Below, in pieces: positions 19,635 to 27,923 of a stretch of DNA of 27,923 nucleotides. A program made the position numbers and the translations under genes. The stretch comes from Verrucomicrobiales bacterium (lineage in GTDB: Bacteria; Verrucomicrobiota; Verrucomicrobiia; Verrucomicrobiales; V1-33), in the NCBI GenBank assembly GCA_031411295.1, contig JANOAV010000191.1:1-27923 (forward strand), in the 5' to 3' direction. The notes beneath the pieces were generated by a model. It was not told the DNA's origin, searched no databases, and saw only the letters and a program-made list of their open reading frames with translations. How positions within the stretch are numbered: position 1 is the first letter of the stretch; every line of letters starts with the position of its first letter.

Positions 19635-21029
19635 ATGAACAAATCCCCAATTACCCACGTCGTTTGGACCCTCGCTGCTGCTGGAGCGTTTGCGGGCGGC
19701 ATCTTTTATCAGAAATCTCAAGCGTCCGCCGATTCCGCCAGCGGCAATCAACTCCGTGCCGCCGCAGCATCAGTTGGTGCGGGTGCCAATAAAAAGGAAG
19801 GCACCGATGCTGCGGCCAAGCTGCCGCCAGCGTTGGAAGGGATCTCAGATTTCATCAATAAATACAGAAATGCGGATGGCCGCCCGCTGAGCAACGAACA
19901 AATGCAGGCCGCCATGAAGGATGTGCTAACGGAGTCAGATCCCGTGAAGAGCAGCCTCATGTTCGCCATGATTCTGGATCAACTCACGCCAGAGAACGCT
20001 GCCACCGTGGCGGCTGAGATCCGCGCCCGCTCCACGGGATTTGAATCCATGCGTTATGTCGGGCTGCTCGCCTACAAATGGGGCTCCATTGATGGTGCGG
20101 GAGCCATGGCCGAGGCCACCAAGCAGGAAGGACCAGCCCGCATGATGGGCGGGGTGGCTTCCATTGCGGGTTGGGCCGCCAAAGATCCAGCTGGCGCGCT
20201 CGCGTGGCTGGCAGCCAATCCCAGCACCAACGATTGGGAGAAATCCGGCATGGAACGCGGCTTGGTTAGTGGGCTGGCTCGCAGCGATGCGGCCGCCGCC
20301 CAAAAATACGTTGCTGGCATTGAGGATAAAGGCGAGCGCGCCCGCCTCACCCAGGTCATCATGGATGAAAAACTCAAGCAAGGCACGGATGCCGCCGCCG
20401 CCTATGCCGCCACTCTGACCGATCCCGAGATGAAGAAGGGTGCCTTCGAATCCGTGGCCGATCAGCTCTATCGCAGCGATCCCCAGAAGGCCATGGAATA
20501 CGTCAAGGCCAATGCAGGCGAGGCCTTCAGCCAAGGTGCGGTGGGCGAACTGGCGCGTCGTCTCAGCAGCAAAGACCCGCAGCAAGGCATGGAGTTCGCC
20601 ACCAGTCTGCCCACGGGCGCGGCTCGCAACGATGCCTATAAAAACACCTATCGTGAGTGGGCTCAGTCCGACTCCGCAGGTGCCAGCACCGCCCTTAATG
20701 CCATGCCCAAAGGGGCTGATCGGGATGCCGCTGCCAGCGGTTTGGCGCGGACGCTTGCCGGATCCACCACGCCAGAGGAATCCCATGCCGCGCTCGTCTG
20801 GGCGGAATCCATTGGCGATCCCGCCGTGAAACAGGCCAGCCTGACCGAAGTGCTCCAACGCCAATTGCGCGATCCCAAAACGGCCCCTGAAGCAGAAACT
20901 TATATGGCCAACAACAACTACACGCCAGAACAGCAAGCCGCCATCAAGACCGCCCCTCAGGACAGCGGACGCGGCGGACGTGGCTTCGGTCCTCCCGGGG
21001 GCTTCGGCGGCCGTGGCTTCGGCCGGTAG
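19635..21029 (+). CDS. Membrane-anchored alpha-helical repeat protein, 464 aa; paralog of 237..1589; Gly/Arg/Phe-rich tail
   Basis: N-terminal hydrophobic segment. WGSIDGAGAM, GWAAKDPAGALAWL, LTDPEMKKGAF. C-terminus GRGGRGFGPPGGFGGRGFGR. Confidence 0.85.
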   Translation: MNKSPITHVVWTLAAAGAFAGGIFYQKSQASADSASGNQLRAAAASVGAGANKKEGTDAAAKLPPALEGISDFINKYRNADGRPLSNEQMQAAMKDVLTESDPVKSSLMFAMILDQLTPENAATVAAEIRARSTGFESMRYVGLLAYKWGSIDGAGAMAEATKQEGPARMMGGVASIAGWAAKDPAGALAWLAANPSTNDWEKSGMERGLVSGLARSDAAAAQKYVAGIEDKGERARLTQVIMDEKLKQGTDAAAAYAATLTDPEMKKGAFESVADQLYRSDPQKAMEYVKANAGEAFSQGAVGELARRLSSKDPQQGMEFATSLPTGAARNDAYKNTYREWAQSDSAGASTALNAMPKGADRDAAASGLARTLAGSTTPEESHAALVWAESIGDPAVKQASLTEVLQRQLRDPKTAPEAETYMANNNYTPEQQAAIKTAPQDSGRGGRGFGPPGGFGGRGFGR

Positions 21030-21152
21030 GATTTACTCCAAGAGCCGCCGCCGAGTGCGGAGCAGTCCGCCGGACTGCTCAAAAAAGGTCCGTGCAAAAT
21101 ATTACATTTTTGGGACAATTCCCGTGCCCGGGCTGTGGCATGTTATCCCATC

Positions 21153-21770
21153 ATGAAATATTTCCTTCTCACCTCCACCCTTGCAGCCGCTTTTGCCACC
21201 ACCAGTCTGGCGGACGATGCCGCCATGGATACCGCCTTTCGCGATGCCCTCTATGCTGAAGAAGTGAAGGGCGATGCCACGGCCGCTCTTGAAAGCCATA
21301 CCAAGCTCCTGGAGCAACTGGAAGCCCGTCGCGACCTGCACGCCACCGCGCTCTTCCGCCAAGCCGAATGTTTCCGCAAGCTGGGCAAAAAGGACGAAGC
21401 CATCGCTGGCTTCCAAAAGGCGCTGCGGCTGTATCCTGACGTGGAGCGCTTCCAGAAGCAGGCGTGTGAAAGCCTGACTGCACTGGGGGTGAAGGTGGAG
21501 CGGGCCGCCTCTGTCGATGCGCTGAGCGAGGAGGATCGATACCGCGCGGAGGAAATGGCGAAGGTGGAACAGATTCTCAAGGAGAGTCCAGATCGGCTGA
21601 ATACAGGAAATCCCTGTATGCTGGCCAACGCGGTAGGCGGAGGGGACATCAAGATGGTGGAATTTCTGTTAAGCAAAGGGGCAAAACCCAACGTCCATGG
21701 CGCAGATGAGTCAAGACCGTCTGAGTCTGTCTTAGAAGAATCGGGGCGCGACGGGACTGGCGGGAGCTAA
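21153..21770 (+). CDS. Secreted TPR + single ankyrin repeat protein, ~205 aa; possibly truncated
   Basis: Signal peptide MKYFLLTSTLAAAFATTSLA. TPR ATALFRQAECFRKLGKKDEAIAGFQKALRLYPD. Ankyrin MLANAVGGGDIKMVEFLLSKGAKPN. Confidence 0.75.
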   Translation: MKYFLLTSTLAAAFATTSLADDAAMDTAFRDALYAEEVKGDATAALESHTKLLEQLEARRDLHATALFRQAECFRKLGKKDEAIAGFQKALRLYPDVERFQKQACESLTALGVKVERAASVDALSEEDRYRAEEMAKVEQILKESPDRLNTGNPCMLANAVGGGDIKMVEFLLSKGAKPNVHGADESRPSESVLEESGRDGTGGS

Positions 21771-21972
21771 GGATTCATTATGAAGGAGAAATGATGAATC
21801 AGATAGTTCGGTTGGCATGTGGGGCCAAGGTTGGTGTTTGGTAGGCACTATTTCACAGTCTCTTCGTTAATCTATGACCGCACCATAAATCATGGGTTCC
21901 GCAGTGATAGTCAAATTGAAGTTGGTTCAAAGCTGCCCCCCCCCGCTGCAGACGGATTATTCTGCGAAGCGT

Positions 21973-23487
21973 TTATTCAGCCGTGCTCGAGGCTTGGAGC
22001 ACCGCATCATGCAATGCTCCAGCAGGCAGGCCTTGGGCCAGATGCGCGACTTCGTTTGGATCTGGTGGGGAAATGCCCCAGACGTGTTGCAAGGCGGTAA
22101 TGGCCAGGGACTCCGGCAGGCGTTGCGCCAGCGCCAGTTGATCTTTGGGCGTTGCGAGATTGGACAGAACGTTATGGGTTAGCGTGGCTTGGCGTCCGGC
22201 TGGGATATCGGTCGTTAAGAAACGTGCCGCCCCCGCCGGATCGGTGTCCGCCCAGCGTCCCAGCACTGCCGTTAGGAGAACTTTGCGCTCCCCGGAGTCG
22301 GTGCGACTCTCGGCCCAGCGGGCGAAATTTTCCGGGACAAAATATTTCCCACGCTCCAAGGCGACCTCGGCGGCTTGATCCCGCAGCGGGCCCGGTGGCA
22401 CAGTGTCGAGAAAGGGGCCTAACTGATCGAGTGATTTGGGCACGCCGATCGCGATGATGCTGGAAAGGGCCTCCACGCGGCTGCGTCCGGTTAGCGAAGC
22501 ATTCGCCCAACTCATGGCTGCTGCGGGATCTTTCATTCCGGCCAGGGTGGCCACGCTCTTGATGAGATCGGTGTTCTGATTCAGCTTGGGGTCTGCGATT
22601 AAGCTGGCTTGCAGACTTTCCAAATCGCCTGTGACTAGCTTATCGGCAAAGGCTTGCCCCCACTCTGCGCTCTCTGGACGGCTGAACTGATCTGCTAAGG
22701 CGGTTAGGCGATCCGGGGCGCTTAGTCCCTGCCACCAAGAAACTACGGCAGAAATTTTGTTCGGATCGCCCATGGCCTCGAAGTGCAGGCCGCTAAAGGC
22801 CTTTTTGAGTAGCGAGCGCCTCATAGGACCATCCTCCAGACTGGCAATTTGGTTGGCGCTGGGGATATCGCATTTCACTAAATACAGGGACTCTGGCTTC
22901 ATACCTGGCTCTTGCTGCGCCCAGAGTAGAGCTTGATTGGGATCATGCTCCCAGAGGGCGCGAAATAAATTTTGCATGGCATAGGGCCCGCCAAGTTGCT
23001 GCGCCAGTTCCACCGCCGCCGATTGATTATTTTGCGCCAGACCGGCCATTATTCCCAATTGAATGTTTCCTCCCTTCTCGCTGCGCATCCAAGCCAGGCC
23101 TGCCGGAGAGCTGGCGAAGTTCTTGGCTGCTAACGGATTGGTCGAAGCCCATTGTTTGGCAATGTCTCTCAAGAGGAACCCACGGGCCGTGGGCAGGAGC
23201 AGACTCAAGGCGTTAGGCAGTTGATCCTTGGGCAGATCCAAGAGGGCTAGTAACATCGCTTCCTCCTGGGCGGCTCCGGCAGGTAAATTCAGCGCCTTGG
23301 CAAGGTCCGGTAGTTCGGCTGCTGCTTGCTCAACTGACTTCAATGCCACAATTGCTGGTTTGGTGGCGACTCCCTTAGTTGGCGTCTGCGTTTCAGTGGT
23401 TGGTTTGGGCTCTGGAAGCCGGGCCGGCCCGTAGCCTGCGGCAATACTGGCAACGAGGACCGCTAATGACAGCAAAGCGCGCTTCAT
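21973..23487 (-). CDS. Membrane-anchored alpha-helical repeat protein (W-x3-DP family), ~504 aa
   Basis: Start ATG 23487 overlaps the upstream stop (ATGA), with GGAGG RBS at 23495-23499. Repeats WEHDPNQALLWA, KDPAAAMSWA, VPPGPLRDQAA, WADTDPAGAARFL. Confidence 0.8.
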   Translation of the reverse strand: MKRALLSLAVLVASIAAGYGPARLPEPKPTTETQTPTKGVATKPAIVALKSVEQAAAELPDLAKALNLPAGAAQEEAMLLALLDLPKDQLPNALSLLLPTARGFLLRDIAKQWASTNPLAAKNFASSPAGLAWMRSEKGGNIQLGIMAGLAQNNQSAAVELAQQLGGPYAMQNLFRALWEHDPNQALLWAQQEPGMKPESLYLVKCDIPSANQIASLEDGPMRRSLLKKAFSGLHFEAMGDPNKISAVVSWWQGLSAPDRLTALADQFSRPESAEWGQAFADKLVTGDLESLQASLIADPKLNQNTDLIKSVATLAGMKDPAAAMSWANASLTGRSRVEALSSIIAIGVPKSLDQLGPFLDTVPPGPLRDQAAEVALERGKYFVPENFARWAESRTDSGERKVLLTAVLGRWADTDPAGAARFLTTDIPAGRQATLTHNVLSNLATPKDQLALAQRLPESLAITALQHVWGISPPDPNEVAHLAQGLPAGALHDAVLQASSTAE

Positions 23488-25373
23488 TTCATGACCTCCT
23501 GCCAAGCAAATTCAATGTCCTGTTGCAATGCTTCGTCCGCCTGAATCCTTTGTAATGCTTTGCTCACAGCGCCTGGATCATCTTTCTCCCACTGTTGCAA
23601 GACCCGACAAATGGCGTCCCGACGACTATCCCCCGGGGTGGATTCCAAGGCCCAGGGCAGTGCTAGTTCGGGTTCCACGCTGGCTATTCCCTGGGCCAAA
23701 CCCAGGGCGGCGGTAGCCCGCTCCGGCCCAGGCGGCAACGTCTTGGCCCAGACCGAAGCCGCGTGCGGATCATACGTCGTCCATTGGCCAATCGTGTTCG
23801 AAATGGCGCTTTGGCGCAATTCGGGTGAGGATAATTGCAGTGCCAGGGTGACGGCTTGCTCTGGTTGACGTTTCGTCATTTCTTCCAGCACGCGCGGCAT
23901 CCATGCGTTGTAGCGGAATGGGTCTGGTTGCGCTTCGAGCCATTTGAAAACCGCGTCAGGCGCAGTCCGGGAAATTTTGCTCAGCAACTCTCCGGTGGAA
24001 TCGACCTCGGTGGATTCACTCAGTTCCTTGGGCAGCGCAGCATCAATCAGTTTCAGGCAACTGCTCACGTTGCTGGGATCGTTCATTAGCAGGGGATCGA
24101 TGGATTTGATGATCGCCAAAGCAGACTGCTGGCGTTCCGTCGCATCTGCTAGTGCAAACACTCTGGCCATGGCCGCATCCGGCTCCTGCTTGGCCCACGC
24201 CTGCCATGCCGCCGTCTGGATTTCTTTGCGCTCCGCCCCTTCCGGCAGGGTGCCGGCTTGATTCAGTAATTCGAGACAATGGGTGGCTGGCAGGGCCTGC
24301 AGGGTTGCCGCTAGCTTGTCTGCGGAAATTTCGTTTTCGTCCGCAGCTGGAGTCCGCAGCGAGGACAAGTTCCGCGTCAGGGTGGTGGCATCCGGTGCCA
24401 GGGCCGCGGCCAGGGTTGGCAAAGCATAGGGCTCGTGCTTACTCGCTAACTGCCAAGCTTGCGCTGGATTCTGCTTGGCCAGCAACGACCACAATTCGCT
24501 GGGCAGGGCACCTTGTTTGGCCCAGTCCCACCCCGAGGCCTCGGCCAGGGCTTGGCTGGGATTCGTTGCCGCCAGCGAATTCAGCAGGGAGGTTTCCAGA
24601 GACTTCCGATCCTCTTTCGGCAGGTCTGCCAGGGAGCGAGTCCATTCCAAGGCCGCTCCTACTCCCATTTGGTTGGCGGCGGAATCAGCAATGACCTGGG
24701 CGGTAAATCCTAACGATGATCCATTCGTCTTGCCGAACGCATAGCGCTGGGAAAGCGTAATCGCTTCCTGCGGGCTGCGGCGGGCCACGGTGGTCAGCGC
24801 TTGCTCCATGCCCTCGCGATGGAGTTCTTTGGATAAGCGATATTTATTTTCGAGAAATCCCACCGGATCCAATTCCGCGATCCGTCGGCTGAGGGCTTCG
24901 ACTTGGAGTCGTAGATCGGGCGGGTAAACCGCATCGATTTTCTGGGCTTTGGCGAGCGCGGAAGGGATGTCCACTTTGGCCCAGGCGGCCAAGGCATCGC
25001 CAATCCAAGGCACCCCTTTCTTGATGACGTTAGGCACCGAATTGCACTTGGCCAGACAGCCTTCCAAGTCTTTGGTGATCCATCGCCCCATGAGCCATTC
25101 CTGCAGCAGCTCAACGTAAGCGTAGGGCAGATGGCAGCGATCGATCCGGGCCCATAATTCAGAGAATTCCGCCGTGGTGCTGGCGGCCTTGATCTGGCCG
25201 AACCAATCCCGGCCTTCCACTTTGGAAGCGTCCACCCGTTCCACTTTCACCGCTGCTGCGATCACCGGGGGCGTTGCCGCGGGTTCTACGGCAGCAGGAC
25301 GCATCCACCGACCCAGGGAAATTCCCAGGAAAGCAGTGCCACCGAGCAGGCCTAAATAGAGCGGTCGCGTCAT
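23484..25373 (-). CDS. Membrane-anchored alpha-helical repeat protein (W-x3-DP family), ~629 aa
   Basis: Start moved to ATG 25373 (MTRPLYLGLLGGTAFLGISLGRW). Repeats WAKVDIPSALA, WAKQEPDAAMA, WTTYDPHAASVWAKTLPPGPERATAA, WEKDDPGAV. Confidence 0.8.
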   Translation of the reverse strand: MTRPLYLGLLGGTAFLGISLGRWMRPAAVEPAATPPVIAAAVKVERVDASKVEGRDWFGQIKAASTTAEFSELWARIDRCHLPYAYVELLQEWLMGRWITKDLEGCLAKCNSVPNVIKKGVPWIGDALAAWAKVDIPSALAKAQKIDAVYPPDLRLQVEALSRRIAELDPVGFLENKYRLSKELHREGMEQALTTVARRSPQEAITLSQRYAFGKTNGSSLGFTAQVIADSAANQMGVGAALEWTRSLADLPKEDRKSLETSLLNSLAATNPSQALAEASGWDWAKQGALPSELWSLLAKQNPAQAWQLASKHEPYALPTLAAALAPDATTLTRNLSSLRTPAADENEISADKLAATLQALPATHCLELLNQAGTLPEGAERKEIQTAAWQAWAKQEPDAAMARVFALADATERQQSALAIIKSIDPLLMNDPSNVSSCLKLIDAALPKELSESTEVDSTGELLSKISRTAPDAVFKWLEAQPDPFRYNAWMPRVLEEMTKRQPEQAVTLALQLSSPELRQSAISNTIGQWTTYDPHAASVWAKTLPPGPERATAALGLAQGIASVEPELALPWALESTPGDSRRDAICRVLQQWEKDDPGAVSKALQRIQADEALQQDIEFAWQEVMK

Positions 25374-25426
25374 GTTCGTAAGATAGACAACGCCAGGCGG
25401 GAAAATATTCGCCAGTATTTTGAAAA

Positions 25427-25915
25427 TTATGCGGTTTGTGCCCCTAGCATCTCCATGCCAGAACTTGTGATCACCATGGCGCTGCCCATTTCCCGGAACC
25501 ATTTCTTTTGCTGCCCCAGTTGGAGCAGGGTGTCGAACTCCAGAGCATGGGTCTGGCAATACTTGCGAAGTTCGTCCTTGGTGAATTCGCCACGTTCCTG
25601 CTGGCTGCGCAGGAACTCCACGAAGGCTTTATACTGCTCGGCCCCAGACGGTGGTTTCGGCTTGGGTTCCGCGGGAATGAGCCCCAGCGCTTTGCCAAAT
25701 TTATCGAACTTGTCCAGCATGCGGAGCCCGAAGAGGAGGCCGATCACGGGCACGACCACAAGCATCAGCAACATGACTTTGGCTCCGAAGCGGCGGAAAA
25801 AAATTAGGGTGAGCACCACCACGATCAACGTCCATAGCGTCAGCACCAAACGCTGCGCAGGGGTTAGCTTGGGTGGTTTGGGCTTGGGTGGAGTTTTCTG
25901 GTTGGCGGTTCCCAT
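25427..25915 (-). CDS. Hypothetical membrane protein with two TM helices and a small soluble C-terminal domain, 162 aa
   Basis: Hydrophobic segments LVLTLWTLIVVVLTLIFF and VMLLMLVVVPVIGLLFGL. Fills the gap between co-oriented genes, 13 nt after the upstream stop. Confidence 0.75.
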   Translation of the reverse strand: MGTANQKTPPKPKPPKLTPAQRLVLTLWTLIVVVLTLIFFRRFGAKVMLLMLVVVPVIGLLFGLRMLDKFDKFGKALGLIPAEPKPKPPSGAEQYKAFVEFLRSQQERGEFTKDELRKYCQTHALEFDTLLQLGQQKKWFREMGSAMVITSSGMEMLGAQTA

Positions 25916-25928
25916 GGATCAAAATTGG

Positions 25929-26333
25929 CTAGTCTTCACTGGAAGGACGATGGCGAAGTTTCTTCACATCACCCCGCCGCCGCTTTTGTTCAATGATGAT
26001 TCGCTTCTGATTTGCGGAGCGTTTGCGGGTCAGGGCGCGCTTTTTGGAGCGGGCCGCCGCACTGACCAGCAGCTTCTGTCGACGGAGCGATTCAATTTTA
26101 TCGCACAAGTCCTCGCGCGCATGGAATCGATTCTGCGTCAGGCTGCGTTCCTTCTGGCAGCGCACTTCAATGCCGGAAGGCAGATGACGCAAGACCACGG
26201 TGGAGGACGTTTTGTTGATCTTCTGACCGCCTGCTCCCGAGCCACGGATGAACGATTCCTCCAGGTCATCCTTGTGGATGCCCAGAGAACTCATGCGTTC
26301 AATCACTTGGCGAATGCGGTCTCGGCTAATCAT
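25929..26333 (-). CDS. Peptide chain release factor-like peptidyl-tRNA hydrolase (GGQ domain + basic tail; C12orf65/mtRF-R-like), ~134 aa
   Basis: LEESFIRGSGAGGQKINKTSSTVVLRHLPSGIEVRCQKERSLTQNR and a Lys/Arg-rich tail. No codon-recognition domains. Start placed at ATG 26333. Confidence 0.88.
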   Translation of the reverse strand: MISRDRIRQVIERMSSLGIHKDDLEESFIRGSGAGGQKINKTSSTVVLRHLPSGIEVRCQKERSLTQNRFHAREDLCDKIESLRRQKLLVSAAARSKKRALTRKRSANQKRIIIEQKRRRGDVKKLRHRPSSED

Positions 26334-26483
26334 AATTTGCTGAAGAGCATAACGCAAAAGTTGACGCTGTCCATCCCTGGTAGCATCAGAGCAGCAGAAT
26401 GCTGGGGCACGAAACTTGATTGACTCTGCGCTCTGACGACGCACCTTTAGCGCTTATTCTTCCCCTAAATTATAGATTTTATC

Positions 26484-27788
26484 ATGAAGCTAACCATCAT
26501 TGGTTCTGGATATGTCGGGCTGACTACAGGCGCGTGTTTCGCGAATGTAGGGCATCACGTCATGTGTGTTGATAACAATGCCGACAAGATCGCGCGGCTC
26601 AAAGCGGGTGAGATTCCGATTTATGAACCCGGCTTGGAGCAGATCGTGCAGACGATGGTGGCTGCGGGCCGCTTGCAATTTACGAATAGCACCGAAGAAG
26701 GCGTAGATTTCGGTCAGGTTGTCTTCATTGCGGTGCCGACCCCGCCCCAACCAGATGGCAGCGTGGATCTGCGCTTCATCGAGAAGGTGGCGCGGGAAAT
26801 TGCAGCGGTGCTCAAGGACTACAAGGTCATCGTAGATAAATCTACCGTGCCAGTCAAGACCGGAGACAAGGTGGCAGAGACGATCCGTCGCTACGCCAAG
26901 GACGTGCCTTTTGATGTGGTCAGTAATCCAGAGTTCCTGCGCGAAGGCTGTGCGGTGGAGGATCTGATGAACCCTGACCGCATCGTGATTGGCACCAACA
27001 GTGATCGGGCCCTGGCGCTGATGCAGAAAGTTTACGAGCCATTCGTGGCTCCGGTTCTCGTCACGGATATCAATAGTGCGGAACTGATCAAACATGCCGC
27101 CAATAGTTTTCTGGCGCTGAAAATTTCCTACATCAATGCCGTGGCCGCCATCTGTGAAGCCAGCGGAGCGGATGTGGACAAGGTGGCGGAAGGCATTGGC
27201 GCGGACAAACGGATTGGACGTCATTTCCTCAACGCGGGAATCGGTTACGGCGGCTCCTGCTTTCCGAAAGACATCGCTGCGTTCATCGCCATTGCCGACC
27301 AGTTGGGCACGCCGTTCCATTTGCTCAAGGAAGTGCAGAACATTAACAAGAATGCGCTGGATCGGTTCATCAAGAGCATCCGTGACAGCCTTTGGGTGCT
27401 GCAGGAAAAGAAAATTGCCGTGTGGGGACTTACCTTCAAGCCGCACACGGACGATGTGCGCAACAGCGTAGCCATCGATCTGGTGACTGCGTTAGTAGAA
27501 GAAGGCGCGCAAGTGGTCGCTTATGACCCCAAGGGAGCGGAGCACATTCCTGCGCTGGAAATTGGCCCCAAAATCACCTTGGCGAAGTCCGCCCTGGAGG
27601 CCTGTGACGGAGCGGAGGCGCTCATCATCGCCACGGAATGGCCGGAGTTTGCCGAAGTTGATTTCACCGAAGTAAAACGCCGCATGGTCGCCCCGCTGGT
27701 CTTCGATGGTAGGAATCTCTTGGATCCCGTGACCATGAAGGAATTGGGGATCATGTATCGCGGCATCGGACGGGGGCATTTAAGCTAG
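26484..27788 (+). CDS. ugd: UDP-glucose 6-dehydrogenase (UDP-glucose/GDP-mannose dehydrogenase family), 434 aa
   Basis: GSGYVG, PIYEPGL, AVPTP, DKSTVPV, SNPEFLREG, GYGGSCFPKD (catalytic Cys), TFKPHTDDVR, FDGRN. Confidence 0.95.
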   Translation: MKLTIIGSGYVGLTTGACFANVGHHVMCVDNNADKIARLKAGEIPIYEPGLEQIVQTMVAAGRLQFTNSTEEGVDFGQVVFIAVPTPPQPDGSVDLRFIEKVAREIAAVLKDYKVIVDKSTVPVKTGDKVAETIRRYAKDVPFDVVSNPEFLREGCAVEDLMNPDRIVIGTNSDRALALMQKVYEPFVAPVLVTDINSAELIKHAANSFLALKISYINAVAAICEASGADVDKVAEGIGADKRIGRHFLNAGIGYGGSCFPKDIAAFIAIADQLGTPFHLLKEVQNINKNALDRFIKSIRDSLWVLQEKKIAVWGLTFKPHTDDVRNSVAIDLVTALVEEGAQVVAYDPKGAEHIPALEIGPKITLAKSALEACDGAEALIIATEWPEFAEVDFTEVKRRMVAPLVFDGRNLLDPVTMKELGIMYRGIGRGHLS

Positions 27789-27923
27789 TGCTTACTTGCA
27801 ATAGTTAACAAATGTGAAATAAGTGGGGATGAGCCGCTCCATCAAACCGCTGAATTTAACGAACGACGAAAAGGTCACCATTGAAGCCCTAATCCGCAGT
27901 CCGCAAAGCACGCAGGGACAGGT
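27788..27923 (+). mobile_element. Probable left end of an IS630-family insertion sequence, truncated by the window end
   Basis: CTAG/TA site at 27785-27788, an abrupt switch to AT-rich sequence, then an open ORF from ATG 27829 resembling IS630 transposase N-termini. Only 31 codons are visible. Confidence 0.55.
27829..27923 (+). CDS. Partial ORF, probable IS630-family transposase N-terminus
   Basis: Hand translation gives MSRSIKPLNLTNDEKVTIEALIRSPQSTQGQ, open to the edge. It fits the L-x-L-T-x-(D/E)-E-x3-(L/I)-E-x3-R-S-x4-Q pattern I recall for IS630 HTH leaders. Not in the ORF track. Confidence 0.55.
   Translation, partial: MSRSIKPLNLTNDEKVTIEALIRSPQSTQGQ

Noticed and set aside
21060..21086. 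Hairpin GAGCAGTCC-GCC-GGACTGCTC after 21029
   Set aside because: The inverted repeat is real, but it is followed by an A-run rather than a U-run, so it is not a canonical terminator on either strand. Function unassigned.

Overview
GC-rich bacterial chromosomal segment. The gene repertoire suggests Verrucomicrobiota (inference, not a database match): Trp/Asp-Pro helical-repeat membrane-anchored proteins, a passenger-repeat protein ending in ...FVRLRVTVP, a kexin-like S8 protease and a C12orf65-like release factor. Housekeeping genes are tRNA-Ser(TGA), ileS, a tail-specific protease (prc), an MBL hydrolase, alr and ugd, interspersed with lineage-specific secreted proteins. Main items worth follow-up: (1) a 2.2-kb accessory islet between tRNA-Ser and ileS, made of a structured ~95-nt element bounded by copies of the tRNA 3' end, a minimal GIY-YIG nuclease, an AAA-ATPase/nuclease-like gene with a duplicated palindromic promoter, and a REP doublet; (2) four genes of one uncharacterised helical-repeat family, two of which share a 15/16-nt upstream motif; (3) a probable IS630 element starting in the ugd stop codon and running off the window end. 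All calls come from reading the sequence; no searches were run.
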